A stretch of DNA of 64,000 nt, taken from the NCBI RefSeq assembly GCF_036321535.1, contig NC_087436.1, forward strand, positions 5,518,001-5,582,000. The letters run 5' to 3'. Source of the DNA: Camelus dromedarius. Its lineage: Eukaryota. This document shows positions 39,280 to 51,419 of this stretch, one piece after another. The translations under genes and the position numbers were made by a program. The notes beneath the pieces are model-generated. The model had not been told where the DNA came from, did not search any database, and worked only from the letters and a program-made list of their open reading frames with translations. The first letter of the stretch is position 1. Each line of letters opens with the position of its first letter.

Positions 39280-39781
39280 TGTTACCATGTCCAAACTCAG
39301 TCTGCTCGCCCCACGATGGGCCGATAAATCCAGAGATGAGGTGTTGGAGCAAGGAATAAGGACTTTATTGGGATAACCAGCAGACTAATGTCCTGGAGAA
39401 CCATCTTCCCCAAGTCAGAGTTCAGGCTCCTTTTATACTAAAGAGGAGAGGGGGTGTGGTTGGTTGTTGCAAACTTTTTGGTATCAGAATCCTTTGTTCT
39501 TGCAGCTGTCCACATGGGTCAGGTCGTGGTGTCCCTGTAAACCTCCAATAGAAAACATGTTATTCTCTGTTCTGCAACTTTCAATCTTTATGAATGGAAA
39601 AGTGTTGCACCCTTACAGGTCAGAGCCCTGAGAATGGGCTGTCCTGTCTATTTCAGGCTCTAGGCAACATCCTTTTACAAAAGGTGCAGAGCCAGCTTGA
39701 CTGAGCCCAGGAAACAGAGCCCAGGGTTAGAGCCAAAGGAGCAGATCTAATGTGGAGTCAGATGTGTTCTTTTCTGTCACA
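39280..39781 (-). mobile_element. ERV1-type solo LTR (MER41-like), ~500 bp
   Basis: TG...CA termini with a short inverted repeat (tgttac / gtcaca). On the minus strand, TATAAAA (~39430-39436) precedes AATAAA (~39364-39369). Flanks gattc / gtttc resemble a TSD. Confidence 0.8.
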
Positions 39782-41103
39782 GTTTCACCGCAGGTAGAGC
39801 GAAGGAGAAGTTTACATCCTAGCAATACAAGCTAAATTGGAATATTAGACCTCCATTTTTTACATAAGTACCTTACATCCTCTTTCCCAGGAATTTCTGA
39901 CCATCTTCTCCATGAGATCCTGGCTCCTACTTTGCTGTGTTTCTTTGCTTCTTATTTTTTCTGGACCATTCTTATTGGGTGTCTCCTGGAAATTCAAATC
40001 TCCTCCTTTTTAAAAATAAGTGTAATCTAGCTTCCTCTGCCTCTTCTTAGCTGTAGATCCACTTTTTGCACATCCCAGGGCTTGTTAAACGCTCAATTAA
40101 ATAAAACACGAACCGAGCTCAGACCCACCTTTCCGCAGTTCAAAATGGACAGAGGCTTTGAGATTGAAGCCTTTCTTATTGTGCGTTTCCACAGGTCTCT
40201 GTGTGAAAAACAATCTTCCCTGCTTTTAGAATCATGTCTCTTTTTCCAGGAGAAGTAACTTTCTTAACACTATCCCTTCAATGAGGTAGTCTGTCTTTCT
40301 TACTAGAATGTGTACTCTCTGAAGGCAAAACCCTTGATATTAACCTTGATTTCTCTAGTACTCAGTGTACACATGACCAATAGATATTTGTTGAATGGAT
40401 AAAAATGTACCTGAGCAATAAAAAAAATTTTAAAATCAAGTATATAAGGAATTAAGTCAACCTGATAATTGGTCAAAGGCATTTGCTTGATGCCATCTAA
40501 GTATTATATTCACTTGTTATTCTTCACGTGATATTTCTTTCTAAATTTAGACCATTCATTCTTTAGTATTATTTGAATTAGAACTTCTTAGGATAATTGC
40601 CCTCATTAAAAAGCTTTGCATAGTTCTGTTTGTTTCTTTGTTTCTTTGTTTTTTTGCTATAGTCCAGGAAAAAACTATCAGAGCTACCAGAGGGCAATTA
40701 TTTTTACACTTCTTATTGTCTATGCTGAAATCAATGACAAATTTGTGTCTTTCTAGGTACTAAGCTAGGACTGTACTCCTATTAATGAAGTTACATCAAA
40801 GAAAATAATTGCAGTAGATCTGAATAATTGCTAGTTTGGTCATATAGGAGAGGTCATCCTCTAAAAACTGAGCTTGGTGGTGTAAACTGTGTTTCCCCTG
40901 GTCTCCTTAGGCTGTGAATTCAAAATAGGTAATTCTTAACAATAATGTTCAAAATTTCATTAGCTCTTGGTCTCTTGCAAAATACAGTGTCTTCGCTCCA
41001 AGAAGTCCCTCCTCCGCCCACTTGTGGGGGTCATGTGTGGTCCCGAAGTCCTCCCAGGGCCTCCAACTCTGACCCCTCCTCAGTCCCTCATGGGCATGAA
41101 GCC

Positions 41104-41355
41104 ATTTTATTTTGCTTAAAAATTTATTTTTATTTTTCATTGAAGTATAGTCGGTTTTCATCGTTGTGTTGATTTCTGGTGTACAGCATAGTGATTCAGT
41201 TATACATATATATATATTTCTTTTCATATTCTTTTTCATTATATGTTATTACAAGGTATTGAATATAGTTCCCTGTGCTGTACAGTAGGACCTTTTTGTT
41301 TATTATTTTATATGTGGTAGTGTGTATCTGCTAATCTCGAATTCCCAATTTATCC
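41104..41355 (-). mobile_element. L1 3'-end fragment with TSD
   Basis: Typical antisense L1 3' UTR. Flanks tccctcatgggcatgaagcc / tccctcatgggcaccaagcc. Confidence 0.9.
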
Positions 41356-41439
41356 CTCATGGGCACCAAGCCGTTGTATGACGTGCTGTCCTCCGCTCTG
41401 GCTAGTGCTGTAAGTGAGACATCTGTGTACTTTGTGAGA

Positions 41440-44400
41440 TGTTCCCATAGTGACAGAACCTCAAGCTGGCAAAGCTGCATAAAATTCCTCAGATCTTCAT
41501 CCTAGCGGATCTGTGTCACTATCTAAGCAGGTTGGGGGAGGGCTCATCCAAAAAGGCACTGATAGTGTCGCACTGGCTCCCGAGACCCTGCAAAATCATC
41601 GCCCTTGTTACCTTCTTCTCTCTCTGAAGGTGGAGTAAGTGTGTCTGAACCAAGTGGGACAGATGTCACGCCGTCCTTCCCTTCCCAGCCTTCCCTCTAG
41701 GGACTCCCCAGATCAATCAACCAAGCCACCTACTCACCAACGTTGATAATGGAAAACGCCTTCCCCATGGACAGCTGTTATGAAATTGGACTCTTGGCAT
41801 TTCTGCCTAGCGGTTTATCTCATATTCAGTCATTTACCTGGATCTTGATTAGGTTTAAGGAATAATGGCTGGTGTGCCTTGGGCATATTTCCATTTCCTG
41901 CTCCAATGCACTGTCTTTCCTCCTCTGTCTTGGTTTCCACCCCAGGCAGCTGACCTCCGTGAGCTGCAGGAATGGCTTTCTCCACCCTGACTTTCTGTTG
42001 ACTTGCACCAACAGGGAGCCTCATCAGGTGAACATAGTTCTTCCTGTAGGTCACCCCAGGTGATTTGTATCCTTTCAACCGAGGAGCCCTGCGTGTTTCA
42101 AGACAGCCTTGCGCCTCATGCCTCTCTCCTTTTGGGCTCCGGGTCCTGATTCCTCCCTCATGCCCCTCTGCCTAAAGAGGTCCTTAGCTCTCTGCTACTA
42201 CCCTGGATTGTTATACTAGGTTTTGTGGTTTCCTTCACTCACACACCCTTGTGAGTAAATGCCCTTGGAACGTTCTGCTTGCATATGTCATCTATTTTAC
42301 GCTGGGACCCAGGTATCCAGCAATTGGTGCTGTAAGTGTCCCTAGGACACAGAATCTCACAATGGAATTCAAGGATTAGGCTCCTCAGACACGGGAGGAC
42401 CAAGTGAGATGCTGCTCTTTGCAAAGTTGGGGTGGGAGTTGGGTAACTTATGGCAGGTGGTGATGTCATGCTGACCAGCGCTGTCACTCATGGGAGCAGA
42501 GGATGAGGGGGCACTGTTGGGAAAGCAGGTAGCTGTGGCATTTTCTGGTTGTGACAACAGCAGTGGTTTGAAACATTGGTGCTCTCCTGCTTCTCTTTGT
42601 GTCCCCAGGGGACAAACACAGGGGATACGAGAAATTAAAACCTGGGAGCATAAAATTAAGAATATGCGTGGAGAACCAGAAAGCCTGCTTGTACGTTTTG
42701 ATTGAGTCCCTCCTCTCATGTAGCAGTGGGGAATTTATGACTTGCGGGAACCTAAGTGAGCAGATTGCTTTGCCGATGAAATGCTGTCCCACGGACCCTA
42801 ATACGATGGTCCTGGTTAGACCAGGTGGGGAACTCTGATGCGTCCAGCAAAGACATTGGTATAGACTTGGATGGGGCTGGAAGCCTAGGAATTCCAAATC
42901 TCCCAGAATTCCTGTGCAAGCAGAAGCAACCCTTTCAACTCTGCAGGGAATCCATCCCCTATGTACAAAGACATATTTTGATGTCCACACACGGAACAGT
43001 TGCTTCCTAAGATGAAGGCAATTCTTCCTCACACCAACATCTCATTGTCTTTAGGCCAATAACAAGAGTTAAATCCCACCAGATCCTCAAAAGAGGTACA
43101 GAAACTACTCTAGATGTGATGACCTCTACAGCAGAACACTAACCTGGGTACATTATATTGATGACACCATACAATTTGGACCTGATGAGCTGGAAGTAGT
43201 AAGCCACTTTGATGCCTTGCAAAAGTGTGTGTGACAGTGTGGCTGGTAAACCCCTCAGAAGTTAGGGTGTCTGCCTCATGGGTAGTTTGTTAAGCATCAT
43301 TGAACTGAGGCTGGTTGTACCTTTCAGCACTGATGACACAGAAAGAAGCAATGCCCGGTAGACCCAGTTGGATTCTCCAGGTGATGGGTACCACATTGGG
43401 GCAGGCGGCTTGGCCACATCTATTAGTATTAATCTGTCGGACCCAAAGAGATAAACCAAGCAGCAGGTTCAGGCTGCGGTGGAGGTTGACACGAGTCTTG
43501 AGACCAAGGAGAACCAATAATATTTGAAGTGTTTGATGCCCAAGGTTGAAGCGAGACCTGGCTCTCTGCTGCTGGCAGCTTGTTTCCACTTCAAAAGTAG
43601 CTTCTGACTTGCCACTGGGCACTGGTGGTCATGCAGCTTCTGTCTAGAGGACACCACATACCTCTACAACGTAACATCTACATCCTGAAGAAATGGCTTC
43701 TGCCAGAGGATACCATGTGCCTCTGCAGCATAATATTAGCATCCTAAAGAAATGGCATCATCTGACCCACTGAGCCGTGAGACTGTACATACATGTCAGC
43801 ATCCTGCTATAACACAGGAGTGATGTGTACTGAACCAGGGGAGGGGAAATGTGACAAGTGATGACAGAGGAGAGGAGGAAAGCTTCACTATCCACTCCAA
43901 TGCCTCTTAATATTCTCTTGTCCAGTAAGCATTCCCAAGAAAACTATAGAAACCCAAAAAAGAGAAGACTAGGAAGGACTCAGATCCTGCAGGAATGGAG
44001 GTTTGGGTCATACCCGCCAAGGAAGGAACTCTGCCCAGCTACAGTGCTGAAGAAAGTCATGTGGACATAGGAGTGTCTGAAGAGAGTGTCTGTGGTTAGG
44101 TATTTACATCTTGTAACCATATGCAGATTTGGAAACGGTTGTAGCTGTGTGTTGGGGTGTTTATTTTTTCTTTTCTTCTCCTTTTTGTCCCCTCTTCCAT
44201 TATATGAGGAACACCAGTGGAGGCCTGCTGGATACTTTTGGCTGTGAGCTTGCCCTTAATTCCTGCTGCCACCCCCTGAGTGACAGTCCAATGTATTTTT
44301 AAAAAAGAAAACATTTTATGACAGTTGAATTTGATATTGTGATTATGTGATTTGGTTAAAATACTTTGTAAATGGATAACATGTGAAAAGAGAACGATGT
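41440..44400 (+). mobile_element. Decayed ERVL-class endogenous retrovirus: putative 5' LTR, PBS-like junction (~42320) and pol remnant; boundaries approximate
   Basis: VHYIDDTIQFGPDELEV at 43148-43198 contains the RT YxDD motif. PLQK*LLTCHWALV near 43586-43627 and SDPLS near 43761 resemble ERVL RNase H segments. Stops and frameshifts occur throughout. Confidence 0.75.
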
Positions 44401-45000
44401 TGAAAGTGATGTGGAATTTTCTAGAAAGGATCAGTCATGCAAGCAGGCACATTTTATTCTGGTTAGGAGTAAGACTGTCGTAAAACACTAGAGAAATCGT
44501 AAAAATGGAAAAGGACTTCATGGTAAGATTTCTTCACAAATATTCTTAAATTCCTGCTCCAGTTTAAAGAGACTGAAATGGGAAACTATTCAATAGAGCT
44601 CTGCTCCAGGTAATGGCCTGGTCCCACATCAAACAAACGGAAATGGTTCTGCACTTATCAGCATTAAGTGAAAGCAGGGTTTTTAAGGTATTCGTGTCTT
44701 CTCTTTTTCAGAATTTTTTTTGCTTTAACTGCCTTTTAAAAGAAATAGTAAGTATCAGATGAAACACTGAAGGCTGATAATTCTCAAAATTAACCTCTAG
44801 GTGAGGCCTCTTCCCTAAGTATCAGAACCAGTGTCAAGTGGTAACACAGCAGCTTGAGAGGATGTGTTTCACAGCCCTTGTGAACCCAACACGTCCAAGA
44901 GAGAACGCACCATTTCACTTGCATATCTGCTTTCCGGGATTCTCTCCAGCTCATCCTAAGAGACACAGCCTTCTCCTGGGCACTTAAATATTTGCAGATT

Positions 45001-45530
45001 AACAAGGGCTGATATCCAAAATATATAAAATAACTTATTTATCACAGTAGCATAAAAATAAATAACTTGAATAAAAAATGGAAAAAGGACCTGAATGGAC
45101 ATTTTCCCAAAGAGACATACAAATGGTCAACTGGTACATGAAAAGGTGCTCAGTATCCTTAATCATAAAAAAAAAAAGGCAAATTAAAATCACAATGAGA
45201 TATTACTTCTCACCTTTTAGGATGGCTATTATTAAAAAGATAAGAGATAACAAATACTGGTAAGGATGTGGAGGAACGGGAACTATTGTATACTGTTTGT
45301 GGGGATGTAAACTGATGCAACCACTATGGAAATTATTATGGAGGTTCCTCGAGAAATTAAAAATAGAACCACTACATGTTCCAGCAGTCCACCTCTGGGT
45401 ATATGCCCAATGGAAATGAAACCATCATCTCAAAGAGATATCTGTATTCCTATGTTCATTGCAGCATTATAAGATATGGAAACACCTAAGTGTCTGTCAG
45501 TGCATGAATTGGTAATGAAAATGTGGTATA

Positions 45531-45561
<31 letters not shown>

Positions 45562-45562
45562 A

Positions 45563-45609
<47 letters not shown>

Positions 45610-46140
45610 ATACCCTAACCTAACTCCTAGCCCTAACCTATATATATATTAGTGGAATATTATTCAGTCTCAGTATGGATAGACTAGAAGGCATTAAGCT
45701 AAGTGAAATAAGCCAGGCAGAGAAAGACAAACACTGCATGATGTGACTTATATGTGAAATCTAAAAAAAAAAAAAAAAAAAAGTCATACAGAAATAGAGA
45801 AGAGAGAAGTGATTGACTGAGGAGAGGGGGAGAGAGAGAGAAGTTGGTAAAAGGGTTCAAACTTTCACTTATAAGGTGAATAAGGTCTGTGGATCTAATG
45901 TATTACAATGATGACTGCAGTTTTGTATCACCAACATTTGCGTAGACAGTAGGACTTAAATATTCCTATAAACAAACAGACAGAAAAGGGTAAATATGTG
46001 AGGTGATGAATGTGTTAGTTGAAAGGGTCACCTTTTCACAATGCATACACCTATCAAATGATTACACTGTACACCTTAAGTATTTTTCTATTTTATTTGT
46101 CAGTTAAACTTTAATACAGCTAAAAAAATTTAAAAAAGAA
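45001..46140 (+). mobile_element. L1 (L1MA-type) ORF2 C-terminus plus 3' UTR
   Basis: ORF 45078-45263 (FSQRDIQMVNWYMKRCSVSLII...QIKITMRYYFSPFRMAIIKK) matches the L1 ORF2p C-terminal region. A-rich end near 46120-46140. Confidence 0.9.
45537..45649. repeat. Compound microsatellite (TG)12(TAAA)12, degenerate CCCTAA units and (TA)n, inside an L1
   Basis: Read directly from the sequence. Confidence 0.95.
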
Positions 46141-49100
46141 GTGTTTTCTTCACATCCATCCCAACCTTCACCTAGTTAACTGCTACTTGACTCAATTTAG
46201 ACATCAGCCTTTGGTGACTCTCCCCTTCTGCGAATTACAAGATATAACGTGCAGCATAAATTTTGATTTTGCCTCATTATATGATCTTAATCATATGCCT
46301 GTTTATTTCCTTTCTTATTGCCTTGGTGCTAACCATGTGAGTACTTGAATGAAGTCTGGAATTTTCTCAAGGAAGGTTTCTGCTGTGTTCATCTTTTATC
46401 CACTGTATCAAGCTCATTATTCAGAATATCATTGTCCCATACAGTTGAATTGACTAATGAATTGGAACACTTTTCCAGTAAATATTTCTGCTCCAGGCAC
46501 TATCAGTTGGGATAAAATTAATTAAAGTCCATGTAATCAGAGCCCTTAAAGAAACTAAAATAAAAACTTCACTTATTCTTTTCACCTTTGGACTTCATTC
46601 GAAGTGCATTTAAAAAAATCATACAAAAGCTTAACTGTAGACTTGTTTGGGGACATGTAATTGATCTTATTCAATCAGCGATTTAAAATTGTGTCACAAA
46701 AGAAAATAATATTGTCTCAATCTGAATAACTGCTTATAGTGGTATTATTCTTTATCTTAATTTAAAGAACTGAAGTTCTCCAGAATGACTATCCCTGTCT
46801 ATGTCTAGTCCTGAGACTAAAATCCTCATGTCTTCTCTTCTATTTTTGGATTTTCCCTGTCTCAGCCAATAACGTCTCATGTCTGGAAGCTGAGCTCCTT
46901 CTGCAGGAACTGCTACCTTTGCTATCTTTTGCTGAAAGTAGCATGAAGCCTCCATCCTCTCTAAGGCTGAGCTGCATCCAAGCCTTTCAGAGAGCCTATG
47001 CGTTCAGACTTCCAGAGGATCAACAGGGAGGCAGGTGATGATCTCCACTGTATTGAGACTCCATCACTCGGAACTATGACCCTGACATTTATGACCCAAT
47101 GTTGACAACGAAGTCACCTAAAATCTGCTCTGCTAATCGTTTCAAAATTATCACCGCACCTCCCGGGCGCACACACACACAGTAACTTTCCTTACTGCTT
47201 GTTCGTTACGAAACACAAATTAAAACTGTAAAGAATATGGAAGCATATATAAAATCCTAACCATTTCAAAGCAGATTTAAAGGGAATATTATTGTTTCCC
47301 ATGTTGAAACAAACATTGAGTAAAACACACATTGAAATTTACATATAATATTTATTTCTAGCCTTAATGCTAGAAATTATATTTAAACACACACAGACAC
47401 AGACCAACAACATTAAAACCAACTAACCAAACAAACAAATGATTGCGTGAATATTATGTTTATTTCTTTTATTTTAACTGTAATTTATCCTGTCTTCAAA
47501 AACAATGCTTACGTTTTAAATAACTACCAAAACTGAACAGCAGAGGGCACAAAATAGCAAACTCTTTCTTCAAGCACATTATTCTGTTCAATTGTAGTCT
47601 TGGTAGTTTTGAAAATTTCAAATTCGATTTTATTACTGATTAATTTGAGATATATTCTTGAAACAAGAAATTTGGAAGTATTAAAAATAACTTCCAGTAT
47701 TTTTCATTTATTCGCATAACCATTTTAGCCAATTTAAATTTCTTACATTTATACTGACAGTATTCTATGCTTGAAAAATACATTATATAATAAATGTCAT
47801 AGTAAATTTGAAAAAGTTCTATGAATGATAATATAAGTACGATGATGATAATACTGCAAGAAATGTATCCAGATTTGTTGTGAAAGGTACAAACATAACT
47901 GCCTTGTGAAAGGCATGTTAATACAATAATAGTTGAATTACAAGAAATGCCTGCTAAAATCATTTCCATTTTATAAATGAATTATAATTGGTTACTAGAC
48001 TGTAATATTTGACTTGAGTCCTTACATATTATTTACTAAGGAAAACACTTCTATGATTCAGCAGATTTTTATTTTGTATTAATTTTTAGGATGTAATTCA
48101 GTCAATTTTGAGTCCATCTTTGTGTCTGAGTTTGAAATAGATTAAGATAAAAACAATTTTTGAAACACATTCTCTTAAAAAATTTAATTGACATTGACCC
48201 ATACTTCAAACGTTACCAATTCTCCACATTTAAGCTCCTTGTCACCCCATCGCCCCCATTCTTTTCTTCCAAGTTACTTGGTATGAAGTTGAAGTTTTTC
48301 TTGTGGAAAAAAAATGAATAAAGAAAAAAAGAAGATGGCTGAAAAAGTATTTTTGTTTTGCCTTGAGCTGTTTTTCATTATTTTATATATTGAAAAAAAT
48401 CAAAGAGAATAATTCAAATCCTTTTTTTGTGCCTTATATCACAACTAGTGATTGAATAGATAAGATTTATTTAATTGTTCTCTGTATTGTAAATGTGGAT
48501 ATACATTTATTCATGTCTTACTATTTTTATTCTTTTTTTAATTTTTGAAAGGCTAAATGCATTTTGATTCACAGGACCTGTTTTATATGCAGTGAAGTGT
48601 TTATTACAGACTAAAATCAATTCTTGGTGATAAAGTTGGGAGATGTTTTTACCTGTAGTTTAAAAACTTAGTAATAGATTATGAATATTTTTAATTCCTG
48701 GCTTGGAAATACATATGGAAAATCAAAACCAGGGAAAGACCGTGTCTTGATATCACAGAATTGTAGGATTAGAGAGCCACTGAGGCCACTTTACTTATCT
48801 TTCTCATTATAAAAATTGAGGCCCAGAATGACTAAGGGGCAAGTATGAGATAACAGCCAACAAAGAGGCTGTAAACGTTGGTATTAACGTGACAACTGCA
48901 CAGGAAAGCAGCACGGCACACTACAGCTTGGCGAAATATTAGGAGGCTACTCCTTCCATACAGTGGGCTCCAGTCTCCTGCCTCCCGGAAACATTCCCTT
49001 GTGCTCAATCATCCTTTATTTCTCTGTTAAAACCACAAAAACCATAAACTTAGTGAGGAATTTCTGAAGCATCAGAGAATTGCCACAGCACATTCCCAGG

Positions 49101-49985
49101 CATCGCCTTGGCAAGCAGTGCTAATTGCAAAACTTCCCAAGGGATCCTCCCTCCCCCACCAACTCCCTTTCCACAAGCTTTTAGTCCTCAACCTCATGTT
49201 TCTTCTCCAGGGGTCTCTAGCTCGTGAGTTCAAAGCGGGGAGCACTTAGTTTACTTTCTTTGGACGGTGATATTTTCCAAACTCACGGGCAAAACGCTAT
49301 GGAGTATCCGGTTTCTAAGTCTCTGGGAAAGACTGCAGCTCAGCGGCCTCTCAAGACTTGCTTCATCTTCTGATTTCTTTCTTCTACAAGACTTTCCTTG
49401 AAACGGAGTCACCTGCTTTCAATCTGTCTAAAGTCGAGCTTCTAAGGAGCCAAGTCTACTTGTCTCTACTACCGGCGAAAGTCTGCGGTGAAGGCTGCGA
49501 GACGGACCCGCACGCAGCGGGCTGGGCAAGCTGGCACCGCAGCCCAACAGAGCATCCTCTCAAGATGGGTCTCCATGCAAAGTATTTCGAAGATTGAAGC
49601 GTGGTCTTCTCCTATGTGGCTCGGGCATTTAAAGATCGAATTTCGGGCTTTCCCTGGATCTTAGTTACATCACATTTTGCTCAAGTTCACAATTTTTGGA
49701 ACCCTTGATCATGGATGTTTTATTTGCTCCTTCGCTTTTCGGGCTGGATCAGGGGAGGTGGGTGGCAGCGTTGCTATATTGTTCGGTGGGTTTTACAGGC
49801 TACAGAAGATTAAAATCAACACTGCTTTTAACGTGAAACATCAGGGCCTGGTGAGAGGACGCCTCCCCGCCGACGACAATTTGCAGTCCGGCTCCTGCAA
49901 GGCCGCCGGAAGTCGGCTTCGCTGCCTCTGGAACGCGCTGGAGCATCGCGTCCGCCGCGGCGCCAAGGTAGCGCAGGCCGGCGCG

Positions 49986-50006
49986 GGCGCTGTCCGCGGT
50001 GCTGAA
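49986..50006 (-). promoter_or_regulatory. RE1/NRSE element (REST binding site)
   Basis: Minus strand reads TTCAGCACCGCGGACAGCGCC, a 20/21 match to the canonical RE1 TTCAGCACCACGGACAGCGCC. GRIA2 is an established REST target. Confidence 0.95.
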
Positions 50007-50174
50007 AGGCCCAGCCCCGGTGGGCGCGACGGCTCGCGAGACCCGAGGTCTAGCCCTGGGACCGTGGCCGCCAGGCTCGGAGCCCCGCGCGCGCGACGCC
50101 TCCTGGGCGGTGCGGGGCTCGCGGTGCGGGGCGGGGGCGGGGATGGGGGCGCGCGCCGGCCGCCCGCCGCGAGC

Positions 50175-50186
50175 CGCGCACGCGCG
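50175..50186. promoter_or_regulatory. NRF-1 binding site
   Basis: CGCGCACGCGCG fits the consensus YGCGCAYGCGCR and sits near the expected transcription start region. Confidence 0.75.
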
Positions 50187-50221
50187 CCGGGGACCGCCTG
50201 CCCCTCTCTGGGGCTCGGGGC

Positions 50222-50226
50222 TGTGT

Positions 50227-50275
<49 letters not shown>

Positions 50276-50290
50276 TGCGCGCGCGCGTGT
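50222..50290. repeat. Imperfect (GT)n followed by (GC)n in the GRIA2 5' UTR
   Basis: Near-continuous purine-pyrimidine alternation, read directly. Confidence 0.95.
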
Positions 50291-50477
50291 GGAGAGGGGA
50301 GAGGGAAGAGCGCGCGCGAGGGTGAGTGTGTGAGCGCATGGGAGGGGAGCTGAACATCCGAGGCGCGGGGACCACAGCGGCAGCCCTGCTGAAAACTGCG
50401 TCCAGCCAGTCCTCCGGACTTCGGAGCAGGGACCCGGCGTAGGGCAGCGGCACCCACCCGCAGGACCTGGGAGATAG

Positions 50478-50774
<297 letters not shown>

Positions 50775-51231
50775 TAATCTTTGTTCACTGTGGACAAATT
50801 AATTCATGTCATGTAGACTTATGTCATACCTTGACTGCATTCCAGATTTAAACTGCCTAGAATATACATGTTTTTCTTAGGATGAAGCAAGGCAAAAGAC
50901 TATGCCTTTGACATAACAGAGGAAAAGGTCTTCTCATTTCTGACCCCCCCTCCCCCAATTTTTTCCATTCTACCTTAACGGCTTTTCCCCGTTTGTTCAG
51001 ATTCTCTAGGAGTCTGAATGAAAAGCTTGTGATTACTAGGAAAGGATAGCGTTTCTGGCCACCCACCGTGCCCTGAGACTTCTCCGTGTCCTGACCCCTG
51101 GTCTACTGTTTGCATGTTCGCCCCCCCGCTGCCCGGGTCGGCTGATGTGTTTATTCGGCCTATTAGCGTGAATCAGGGACTCCCCGGCAGTCGGGCTCCA
51201 GCAGGCTCCCTCCTTCCCCTCCCGGCACTGA

Positions 51232-51408
<177 letters not shown>

Positions 51409-51419
51409 TAATGAATATG

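Noticed and set aside
42239..43032. Cluster of 60-182 aa ORFs suggesting a gene
   Set aside because: They lie in the decayed ERVL region and show no coherent domain or splice structure.
47640..47969. 109-aa hydrophobic minus-strand ORF, possibly a DNA-transposon remnant
   Set aside because: AT-rich composition explains the I/F/Y bias, and I could not identify a convincing transposase motif.
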